DNA of 64,000 nucleotides from Nannocystis bainbridge (GTDB lineage Bacteria; Myxococcota_A; Polyangia; Nannocystales; Nannocystaceae): NCBI RefSeq assembly GCF_028368995.1, contig NZ_JAQNDL010000003.1, positions 2,880,001 to 2,944,000 of the forward strand, read 5' to 3'. Shown piece by piece: positions 56,076 to 64,000 of this stretch (position 1 is its first letter; each line of letters starts with the position of its first letter). The notes under the pieces were generated by a model. It saw only the letters and a program-made list of their open reading frames with translations, ran no database searches and was not told where the DNA came from. The position numbers and the translations under genes were made by a program.

Positions 56076-58762
56076 CCGCCGCCCGACCGCCGCGTCGGCG
56101 CCGGATCGTCGCCGAGGTCATCCAGAGCTCGGCCATGGACTGCGGCCCCGCCACCCTCAAGTGCCTGCTCGAGAGCCACGGCCTGCCCGTCAGCTACGGC
56201 CGCCTGCGCGAGGCCTGTCAGACCGACGTCGATGGCACCTCGATCGACACCATGGAGGAGGTCGCGGTCCAGCTCGGCCTCGACGCCGAGCAGATCATGT
56301 GCCCGCCCGACCACGTGTTCACCGCCGAGGCCGGGGCCTTGCCGGCGATCGCCGTCGTGCTCTCGCCTGGCGGTCTCACCCACTTCGTCGTCGTCTGGTC
56401 GTGCTTCGCCGGCCTGGTCCAGATCATGGATCCCGCCGTCGGCCGGCGCTTCGTCCCGCGCGAGCAGCTGCGGCGCGAGCTGTTCGTCCACCGCATGCCG
56501 GTCCCCGAAGACGATCTGCGCGAGTGGCTCGGCAGCGACGAGTTCACCGGCGCCCTGCGGGTCCGCGCCCGCGAGCTGAAGCTCGCCCGCATCCGCGTCG
56601 ACGCCTGGGTCGCCGCCGGCCTCGGCGACCCAGGCATCCTCGGCCTCGCCCGCCTCGACGCCGCTATCCGCCTCACCGAGTCGCTCGCCCGCGCCGGCGC
56701 CGTCGCTCGCGGCGGTGAGGCCGGGCGGTTCGTCGCCGGCCTGCTCGCCGCCAGCGAGGGCCTGGACGGCGACGCCCTGTATGCCGTCCTGCCCGAGCAG
56801 TGCTTCACCGCCGTGCCCGGGCCCGAGGAGGGCAGCGCCCTGCTGCGCGGCGCCGTGCTCGTGCGGGTCCGCGGCGTGCGGCCCGACGCCCCGGCGCTGC
56901 ACCCCGGCGACCTGTCCCAAAGTACACTCTCGCCCGACCTCCTCGCCGCCCTCACCGAGCCGCAGATCTCCCCGCTGCGCCAGCTGTTCGCCCTGGTCCG
57001 CGCCGACGGCCTCGCGCTCCCGGCCGTGCTCGGGCTCGGCCTCGTCACCGCCGCCGCCGTGGTCGTCGGCGAGGCGCTGGTGCTGCGCGCCCTGCTCGAC
57101 ATAGGCGATCGCATCGGCGTCGGCGAGCAGCGGCTCGGCGCCGCCGCGGCCGTGCTCGCCTTCTTCGTCGCCGTGCTCGCGCTCGAGCTGCCGCTCGCCG
57201 TCGGCGTGCGCCGGGTCGGCCGCCGCCTCGGCGCCCGCCTGCGGATCGCCTTCCTGACCCAGATCCCGCGCCTCGGCGATCGTTACCTCGCCAGCCGCCC
57301 GATCTCCGACATGGCCGAGAGATGTCACAGAGGACATGTCCTTCGGCACATGCCCGACGTCGCCGCTCGCCTGGTCCGCGGCGGCTGCGAGCTGCTGTTC
57401 ACCGCCCTCGCGCTGATCTGGCTCGACCCCGGCGGCGCCCCGTGGATCGTCCTCACCGCCGCCCTCGTGCTCGGCTTGCCGCTGGCCCTGCAGCCGCTCA
57501 TGACCGAGCGCGACCTCAAGGTCCGCAGCCACGGCGGCGCGCTCGGCCGGTTCTACCTCGACGCCCTGCTCGGCCTCACCGCGATCCGCACCCACGCCGC
57601 CGAGCGCTCGCTGCTGCGCGAGCACGAGGCCTTGCTGGTCGAGTGGGCGCGCGCCCAGCGGGGCCTGTTCCGCGTCCAGGTCATCGCGGTCGGCCTCAGC
57701 GCCGGGCTCGGCATGATCCTCGCCGCGGTCCTGTGGAGCACCTACGTCGCCCGTCACCCCGAGCCGGCCGGCGCGCTGCTGCTGCTCTACTGGGCCCTGT
57801 CGTTGCCGGCGATCGGCGATCAGATCGCGGCCGCGGCGTTCGAGATCCCCGCCCTGCGCGCCGCCGCCCTGCGCCTGCTCGAGCCGCTGCACACCGCCGC
57901 CGACGTCCCCGAGCCGGCGGCGCGCGCCGAGCCGTGGCCCGGCAGCGGCGGCGTCACCTGTTCTTTCGAGCGGGTCACCGCGGTCGCCGGCGGTCACCCG
58001 ATCTTGCACGCGCTCGACCTGCAGATCGCGGCCGGCGAGCACGTGGCGGTGGTCGGCGCCTCGGGGGCCGGCAAGTCGAGCCTGCTCGGCCTGCTGCTCG
58101 GCTGGCACAAGCCCGCGAGCGGCCGCCTCGCGATCGACGGCGTGTCCCTCGACGAGCCGGCCGTGGCCGCGCTGCGCCGCGTCACCGCGTGGGTCGACCC
58201 GGCCGTGCAGCTGTGGAACGACACCCTGCTGCACAACCTGCGCTACGGCGACGACGCCGGGCATCATCGCCTGCCGCAAGCGCTCGCGCTCGCCGACCTC
58301 GGCCCCGTGCTCGAGCGCTTGCCTGACGGCCTGCAGTCGATCCTGGGTGAGGGCGGCGGCCTCGTCTCCGGCGGCGAGGGCCAGCGCGTCCGCCTCGGCC
58401 GCGCGCTCCTGCGCGACGCGCCGCGCCTGGTCCTGCTCGACGAGCCGTTCCGCGGCCTCGACCGCCACGCCCGCGCCGCTCTGCTTACCGCCGCCCGCGC
58501 GCACTGGCGCGGCAGCACCCTGCTGTGCGTCACCCACGACATCGAAGCGGCGCTCGGCTTCGATCGGGTGCTGGTGATCGACGGCGGCCGCCTGGTCGAG
58601 GACGGCGCCCCGCGCGACCTGTCCTCCCGGACAGATTCGAAATTCGCCGCCCTGCTGCAAGCCGAGGCCGAGCTGCGCGCCGAGGGCTGGAGCGACCCCC
58701 GCTGGCGGCGGCTCCGCATGGACGCCGGCCAGCTGAACGCCGGCGCGGAGGCCCCGGTTTGA
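56072..58762 (+). CDS. Peptidase C39-containing ABC exporter
   Basis: QSSAMDCGPA (catalytic Cys), HFVVVW, IMDP; TM domain; GASGAGKS, VSGGEGQR, LLDE. Confidence 0.9.
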   Translation: MTAARPPRRRRIVAEVIQSSAMDCGPATLKCLLESHGLPVSYGRLREACQTDVDGTSIDTMEEVAVQLGLDAEQIMCPPDHVFTAEAGALPAIAVVLSPGGLTHFVVVWSCFAGLVQIMDPAVGRRFVPREQLRRELFVHRMPVPEDDLREWLGSDEFTGALRVRARELKLARIRVDAWVAAGLGDPGILGLARLDAAIRLTESLARAGAVARGGEAGRFVAGLLAASEGLDGDALYAVLPEQCFTAVPGPEEGSALLRGAVLVRVRGVRPDAPALHPGDLSQSTLSPDLLAALTEPQISPLRQLFALVRADGLALPAVLGLGLVTAAAVVVGEALVLRALLDIGDRIGVGEQRLGAAAAVLAFFVAVLALELPLAVGVRRVGRRLGARLRIAFLTQIPRLGDRYLASRPISDMAERCHRGHVLRHMPDVAARLVRGGCELLFTALALIWLDPGGAPWIVLTAALVLGLPLALQPLMTERDLKVRSHGGALGRFYLDALLGLTAIRTHAAERSLLREHEALLVEWARAQRGLFRVQVIAVGLSAGLGMILAAVLWSTYVARHPEPAGALLLLYWALSLPAIGDQIAAAAFEIPALRAAALRLLEPLHTAADVPEPAARAEPWPGSGGVTCSFERVTAVAGGHPILHALDLQIAAGEHVAVVGASGAGKSSLLGLLLGWHKPASGRLAIDGVSLDEPAVAALRRVTAWVDPAVQLWNDTLLHNLRYGDDAGHHRLPQALALADLGPVLERLPDGLQSILGEGGGLVSGGEGQRVRLGRALLRDAPRLVLLDEPFRGLDRHARAALLTAARAHWRGSTLLCVTHDIEAALGFDRVLVIDGGRLVEDGAPRDLSSRTDSKFAALLQAEAELRAEGWSDPRWRRLRMDAGQLNAGAEAPV

Positions 58763-60894
58763 CCCGCGTGCTAGACGTGCTCGCCTTCGCCTGGCCGCTG
58801 GGGCGCGCGGGCGAGGCCCTCACCGCTCTCGCCGCGCAGGCTGGCCTGCAGCCGGACCTGCGCGAGCTCGGCACACCGGCCACGGCCGTGCTCGCCGACC
58901 CTGACGACGCCGCCATCGAGCGCTGGCTCGCCGGCGCCGCCGCGGGCCTCGGGCTCGAGGCCGAGGCCGTCGACACCGACATCGCCGGCGTCGACGACCT
59001 GCTCGCCGCCTGCGCCCCCGCGCTCCTGCGGATCGGCCCTGAAGCTCGCCATCTCCTGCTCATCTTGCGCGGCAGTCGCCGCCACCTCCTCGTGATCGCC
59101 CCCGATCTCCGCCCGCGTCGTCTCGCCACCGCCGCCGTGCGCCGCCTCGTCTGCGAGCCCGTGCTCGCCCCCCTGCGCGGCCGCACCGAGGCCCTCGTCG
59201 ATCGCACCGGCCTCACCCGTGGCCCGCGTCGCGACCGCGCCGTCGATGCATTGCTGCGCGAGCGCCTCGGCGGCCTGCGGGTCGGTCGCGCCTTTGTCCT
59301 CCGCCCCTCGCCCGCCGCCCCGCTGCTCCGCTTGCTGCGCGCCGAGGGCCTCGTCCGCAGCGCCCTCGCCCTCGCCGGCCTGCACGCCGCCGAGCTCGCG
59401 GTGATGATCGCCGCCTGGGCGCTGATCGGCGGCCTCGTGTTCGCCGGCCGCACCGACACCGGCTGGTCGCAGGCGTGGCTGCTGTTGCTGCTGACCGTCG
59501 TGCCATGTCGCATGGGACAGGCGGCGATCGTCGGCGACATCTTGCAGCGGGCCGGCGCCCTCCTGAAGCGGCGCCTGCTCGTCGGCGCCCTCGCCCTGCC
59601 CGGCGACCTCACCCGGCGCGAGGGCGCGGGCCTGCTGCTCGGTCGCGTGCTCGAGACCGCCGCCGTCGAGTCACTCGGCCTGCGCGGCGGCCTGGTCTCG
59701 CTGGTCGCCGCGCTCGAGTTCGCGGCCGCCGTACCGATCCTCGCGCTCGGCCCCGCGCCCGCGCTGCACCTCGCGCTGCTGGCCGCCTGGACCCTCGTCA
59801 GCGTCATCCTCGTTCGCCGCACCGGCCAGCACCTCGCCGCCTGGACCGAAGCGCGCGGCGAGCTCACCCACCACCTCGTCGAGGCCATGGTCGGCCACCG
59901 CACCCGCCTCGCTCAAGAAGCGCCCGAGCGCTGGCACGACGCCGACGACGCTCGCCTCGTGCGCGTGCTCGCCCACGAGGCCCGGCTCAACCGCAGCGAG
60001 TCGCTGCTGGTCGCCCTGCTCCCGCGCGGCTGGCTGGTGCTCGGCCTGGCCGCGCTGCTGCCCGCGTTCGTCACCGGCTCGGCCCCGCCCGCCACCATCG
60101 CCGCCGCGATCGGCGGGGTGCTGCTGGCCCAGCGCGGGCTCGCCACCTTCGTCGTCGGCGCCACCGCCCTGCTCGGCTGCGGCGTCGCCGTGCGCCAGGC
60201 CCTGCCGATGCTGCGCGCCGCCGAGTCGGCCGACGACGGCGCGCACGGCCTCATGCTCGCCGCGCCGCCCGTGCCCGCGGGCCAGCCGATCCTCGTCGCT
60301 CGCGGCCTCGGCTTCCGCTACCCCGGGCGCGAGCGGCCGGTCCTGCGCGACGTCGACCTGACGATCGCCGCCGGTGATCGCCTCCTGCTCGAGGGCGGCT
60401 CCGGCGGCGGCAAGTCGACCCTCGGCGCGGTGGTGGCCGGCCTGCGCGAACCCACCGGCGGCCTCGTCCTGCTCGCCGGCCTCGATCGCCCCACCCTCGG
60501 CCTGGTCGGCTGGCGCCGCCGCGTCGCCGCCGCCCCGCAGTTCCACGAGAACCACGTCGTCACCGCCCCGCTCGCCTTCAACCTGCTGATGGGCCGCGGC
60601 TGGCCGCCGACCCAACCTCAGCTCGCCGAGGCCGAGGCCGTCTGCCGCGAGCTCGGCCTCGGCGACCTGCTCGAGCGCATGCCCAGCGGCCTGCAGCAGA
60701 TGGTCGGAGAGACAGGCTGGCAGCTGTCGCACGGCGAGCGCAGCCGCCTCTTCATCGCCCGCGCGCTGCTGCAGGACGTCGACCTCCTGGTCCTCGACGA
60801 GAGCTTCGCCGCCCTCGACCCCGCGACCCTGCAGCAGGCCCTCCGCTGCGTGCTCACCCGCGCCCGCGCGGTCCTGGTGATCGCCCACCCGTGA
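58759..60894 (+). CDS. ABC exporter, second subunit, with degenerate C39-like N-terminus
   Basis: TTG after GGAGG overlapping the upstream stop; GGSGGGKST, LSHGERSR, LDESFAALD; no catalytic Cys motif seen. Confidence 0.88.
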   Translation: MTRVLDVLAFAWPLGRAGEALTALAAQAGLQPDLRELGTPATAVLADPDDAAIERWLAGAAAGLGLEAEAVDTDIAGVDDLLAACAPALLRIGPEARHLLLILRGSRRHLLVIAPDLRPRRLATAAVRRLVCEPVLAPLRGRTEALVDRTGLTRGPRRDRAVDALLRERLGGLRVGRAFVLRPSPAAPLLRLLRAEGLVRSALALAGLHAAELAVMIAAWALIGGLVFAGRTDTGWSQAWLLLLLTVVPCRMGQAAIVGDILQRAGALLKRRLLVGALALPGDLTRREGAGLLLGRVLETAAVESLGLRGGLVSLVAALEFAAAVPILALGPAPALHLALLAAWTLVSVILVRRTGQHLAAWTEARGELTHHLVEAMVGHRTRLAQEAPERWHDADDARLVRVLAHEARLNRSESLLVALLPRGWLVLGLAALLPAFVTGSAPPATIAAAIGGVLLAQRGLATFVVGATALLGCGVAVRQALPMLRAAESADDGAHGLMLAAPPVPAGQPILVARGLGFRYPGRERPVLRDVDLTIAAGDRLLLEGGSGGGKSTLGAVVAGLREPTGGLVLLAGLDRPTLGLVGWRRRVAAAPQFHENHVVTAPLAFNLLMGRGWPPTQPQLAEAEAVCRELGLGDLLERMPSGLQQMVGETGWQLSHGERSRLFIARALLQDVDLLVLDESFAALDPATLQQALRCVLTRARAVLVIAHP

Positions 60895-60897
60895 GGC

Positions 60898-60977
60898 TGT
60901 CCCTCAGGACATCCCGTCGCAACTTCACCCGGCTCGCTCCTCGAGCTCTATCTAAAAATAAAATGTCCGAAAGGACA
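60898..60977. repeat. Two TGTCC-N4-GGACA palindromes in a convergent intergenic region
   Basis: TGTCCctcaGGACA (60898) and TGTCCgaaaGGACA (60964). Confidence 0.85.
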
Positions 60978-61075
60978 GCCGGCACGTCCGGCGTGATCGC
61001 CCCGGCGTCACCGCGTGCGCAGCTCGCCGCAGCGCGACCTTGCCTGCGACCACCGGCTTTGTCGCAGCCGGCCGC

Positions 61076-62566
61076 TCAGGCCTGCTCTTCGTCGCGGTGC
61101 GGCAGCCACGACGGCCGGACCTGGGCCCACATCACCTGCGCCACCAGCCCCAGCTTGTTGCTCGCCAGCATCGCCGCCCCGGTCACCTGGCGCAGGCGGT
61201 CGCGGGCCGGCAGCGCCCGCGCGTGGCGGGGCACCAGGCTCGTCTCGAGCGCGTGGCGGGCCGTCTTGAGGTACTCCGTCAGGAACACCGAAGGCCGGCC
61301 CTCCGCGCACGAGAGCAGCGCCATCGACCGCACCCGCGACTCGTGGCTCGCCTCCCAGTAGTCGAACAGCGCCCGCTGGATCGCCCGCGCCCCGTCGTTG
61401 CCGCCGCGGAACACCTCGTAAATCGCGTCGGCCAGCGCCTGCCGCGTCGGCACGTAGCGGTCGTGGATCGCCCGGTAGCGGCGCACCGCCGCGTCGTCCA
61501 GCCACGCCTCGTGCAGCGACGCCCCGGCCCGCAGGCTCGCCTGCTCGCCGAGCACCTCCGCGTCGCGCAGGCCCATCGTCATCCCGCTGGCCGTGATCGG
61601 GTGCGAACAACCGGCCGCGTCGCCGACCAGCACCAGCCCTGGCGAGCTCGCGCGCGGGGCCGGCAGGTTGACCGTCGGCGCCATCTCGAACGGCCCCTTG
61701 TGCGTGCTGATCGCGTGGGCCAGCTGCTCGCCGAGCGCCGTCGGCAGATAGGGGATGAACGTCTCGAGCAGGAACTCCGCCAGCTTGGCGCCCTTGGCCG
61801 GCAGCTGCGCCGGCAGGTCGAGCGTCACCCGGTACGTCAGACCCTCCGCGTCGCGGTGGATCGGGTAGACCAGCACCGGCCCCCACGCGCCGAGCACGAT
61901 GTTGCCCCACGTCGCCGCCGACACCGCCGCGTCGCGCAGCTCGAGCCCCGCCGTGAAGCCGATCGTCTGCCGGTCGTCGGGCACGCCGGCGAGGCGCCGG
62001 ACCTGGCTCGCCTTGCCGTCGGCGCCGACCACCAGGTCGGCGCGCACCTCGACCTCTTCGCCGTCGGGCCCGCTGAGCACCGCCCCGAGCACGCGCTCGC
62101 CGAACCCGCGGACCAGCGACTTGATCGTCCAGCCCTCGTGCAGGTCGACCTGCGGCCGGCGCGTGATCACCTGCCGCATCACCTTGACCAGCGTCTTGTG
62201 GTGGACCGCGAGCCCCTGCGGCCGCTGCCCGGCCACGTCGGCGTACGGCAGCTCGACGTAGCGGCCCTCGGCCCGCTCGCGCACCGTGAAGCCATCGACG
62301 TCGACCGCGCCGGCCGCCTTGAGCGGGCCGTAGAAGCCGAGGTCCTCGAGCACCTGGGCCCCGCGCGGGTGGATGAACTCGCCGGCGAACCGCGGCGCCG
62401 AGCCCTTGTGGCGGTCGATCACCAGGATCTTGCGCCGCCGGCCCTTGTCGGCCAGCGCCAGCGCCTGGGCCACCGCGCAGCCGGCCATGCCCGCGCCGAT
62501 GATCACGACGTCGTAGCGCGCCCCCGGCCTCGCTCCCGCTTCGCTCTTGTCTGGCTGCATGGTCAT
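61076..62566 (-). CDS. Squalene monooxygenase (epoxidase)-like FAD-dependent oxidoreductase
   Basis: GAGMAG, GEFIHPRG (cf. GELLQPGG), GADG, GDAAGCSHPITASGMT (cf. HPLTGGGMT); adjacent to a triterpene cyclase-like gene. Confidence 0.8.
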   Translation of the reverse strand: MTMQPDKSEAGARPGARYDVVIIGAGMAGCAVAQALALADKGRRRKILVIDRHKGSAPRFAGEFIHPRGAQVLEDLGFYGPLKAAGAVDVDGFTVRERAEGRYVELPYADVAGQRPQGLAVHHKTLVKVMRQVITRRPQVDLHEGWTIKSLVRGFGERVLGAVLSGPDGEEVEVRADLVVGADGKASQVRRLAGVPDDRQTIGFTAGLELRDAAVSAATWGNIVLGAWGPVLVYPIHRDAEGLTYRVTLDLPAQLPAKGAKLAEFLLETFIPYLPTALGEQLAHAISTHKGPFEMAPTVNLPAPRASSPGLVLVGDAAGCSHPITASGMTMGLRDAEVLGEQASLRAGASLHEAWLDDAAVRRYRAIHDRYVPTRQALADAIYEVFRGGNDGARAIQRALFDYWEASHESRVRSMALLSCAEGRPSVFLTEYLKTARHALETSLVPRHARALPARDRLRQVTGAAMLASNKLGLVAQVMWAQVRPSWLPHRDEEQA

Positions 62567-62598
62567 GTCCTTTTGCGCATGTCCTAAGGGTCAGATGA

Positions 62599-64000
62599 TC
62601 AGAGGTTGCCGCCGAGGGCCACGAACTGGTCGAGGGCCAGCGCCGCCTCGCGCACGCCGGCGGTCGGGTCGTGGCACACCGGCGACAGCCCGAAGCCCTC
62701 CGCCCACGCCCCGCCGAGGTCCTCCTTGTCGGCCTCGATCGCCTGCACCAGCTCGCGCACCGCCCGCTGCGTCTGCACGCACGCCGCCCCCTCGAGCGCC
62801 ATCAGGGCCTGGGCCGCCAGCGCCGTCAGCACCGGCGCGCCGAAGCTGCCGTCCTCGCGCTGGCGCCCGCGGAGCTGGCGCTCGACCGTCTGCCGCAGCG
62901 GGTGCGTCGGCGGGCACAGGGCCGCCGCGCACAGGCCGACCTCGGCCAGCGTCGCCACGTCGATGTAGTCGGAGGCCCGCGAGGACACGTCGGCTGTCCG
63001 CGAGGACAGGTCCATCGTCACCCGCCGCCACAGGAACTCGAGCCCGCGGGCGACCCGGTCGTCGTCGGCCTGGAACCCGAGCCGGGCCAGCTGGCGCAGC
63101 GCCGCCGCCGTCACGCGCACGCGCGTCGGCCCGTGCGGATCACCGGCCGACAGCAGCGCCACGTCGCGGATCGGGAACCGGGCCATGAACACGTCGGACT
63201 CGCCGCGCTCGAACCGGCAGAACCCGCCGTCGAGCTCCTGCATCGCCATCAGCACCTCGACCGCGCGCCGGGCCGCCGCGCGGATCCGCGTCTGCAGCGG
63301 CGACGACTTCGGCACCGCCGCCAGCGCCTCGAGCACCGCGCAGGTCGACAGCGTGTCGACGTAGCGGTCGGCCCCGGGCTCGTACGGCCAGCCGCCGGCC
63401 GGCGCGTTGACCCGCAGCTGCCACTCGCCGGGCGCCGTGATCTCCTGGTCCAAGAGCCAGGTCAGCATCGCCTCCGCGTCGGCGTCGCCGGCGGCCAGCG
63501 CCACCCGCACCAGCCGCGCCGTCGTCACCAGCGGCTCGCTCACCTGCCCCTGGGTCAGGTGGACCGTCTCCCCGCTGGCCCCGCCGGCGAAACGGGTGCG
63601 CCCCCGCGCGCGCCGGAGGTAGTCGAGGCCCTCGCGGATCCGCGGATCGTCGAAGCTGGCCCCGAGCACTCGCAGCGCCATCAGGCTCATGAGCGTCGGC
63701 TGGGCCGAGAACCACCCGCCGTGGCGCTGCTGCGCGTCGACCAGCCAGCGCTGCACCCGGGCCAGCGCCGTCGTCAGCACCGGCCCGCGCGGCAGCTTGC
63801 GGATCACCTTGACCGCCTGGTCGAAGGTCTGCAGCAGATCTCCCGCCAGCCCCGGCTGCGTCAGTCGCGGCAGGATCGGCTCGCCGTCGGGCCGCGTGAG
63901 CAGCAGCGCCCGCGGGTCCGGCAGGTGCACCCGCGCCGGCGCGCGCGAAAGCAGCAGGTACGGCGTCATCACCCCGCGGCCCCACGGGGACACCCGGCTC
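62599..64000 (-). CDS. Squalene-hopene/oxidosqualene cyclase-like protein, divergent active site, 5'-truncated by the window
   Basis: SPWGR…P motif, QW repeats (WLVDAQQRHGGW, LMAMQELDGGF, RQREDGSF), GEW…PAGGWPYE; frame open to the window edge. Confidence 0.8.
   Translation of the reverse strand, partial: SRVSPWGRGVMTPYLLLSRAPARVHLPDPRALLLTRPDGEPILPRLTQPGLAGDLLQTFDQAVKVIRKLPRGPVLTTALARVQRWLVDAQQRHGGWFSAQPTLMSLMALRVLGASFDDPRIREGLDYLRRARGRTRFAGGASGETVHLTQGQVSEPLVTTARLVRVALAAGDADAEAMLTWLLDQEITAPGEWQLRVNAPAGGWPYEPGADRYVDTLSTCAVLEALAAVPKSSPLQTRIRAAARRAVEVLMAMQELDGGFCRFERGESDVFMARFPIRDVALLSAGDPHGPTRVRVTAAALRQLARLGFQADDDRVARGLEFLWRRVTMDLSSRTADVSSRASDYIDVATLAEVGLCAAALCPPTHPLRQTVERQLRGRQREDGSFGAPVLTALAAQALMALEGAACVQTQRAVRELVQAIEADKEDLGGAWAEGFGLSPVCHDPTAGVREAALALDQFVALGGNL

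Overview
Very GC-rich bacterial DNA with myxobacterial hallmarks (Thr/Ser-rich lipoproteins, Cys-rich repeats, a squalene epoxidase-like gene), most likely Nannocystis-like; this is inferred, not searched. The left third (~1-24.7 kb) is an accessory conflict region. It holds a CRP/FNR regulator, a lipoprotein with a TcA-like coiled-coil and C-terminus, and a signal-peptide SpvB/FG-GAP/RHS (TcB-TcC-like) protein ending in a NucA/NucB DNase with an adjacent SUKH-like immunity gene. It also holds a TIR protein, a PNP-STAND-TPR NLR-like protein with near-identical 138-bp repeats, a 5'-truncated FG-GAP gene and a ~1.9-kb insert bounded by direct repeats. The rest is mostly ordinary: GST/WYL, a second STAND ATPase, a TetR-MerR fusion, P450, esterase, fdhD-fdsGBAD, RecQ, SDR/TetR, a C39-peptidase ABC exporter, and squalene epoxidase plus a divergent triterpene cyclase. 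The main non-genic signal is a 14-bp palindrome, TGTCC-N4-GGACA. I found 16 perfect copies by eye plus many degenerate ones, often in tandem, inside and between genes, all right of 31 kb. No rRNA, tRNA, CRISPR array, integrase or transposase was seen. All family calls come from recognising motifs by eye.
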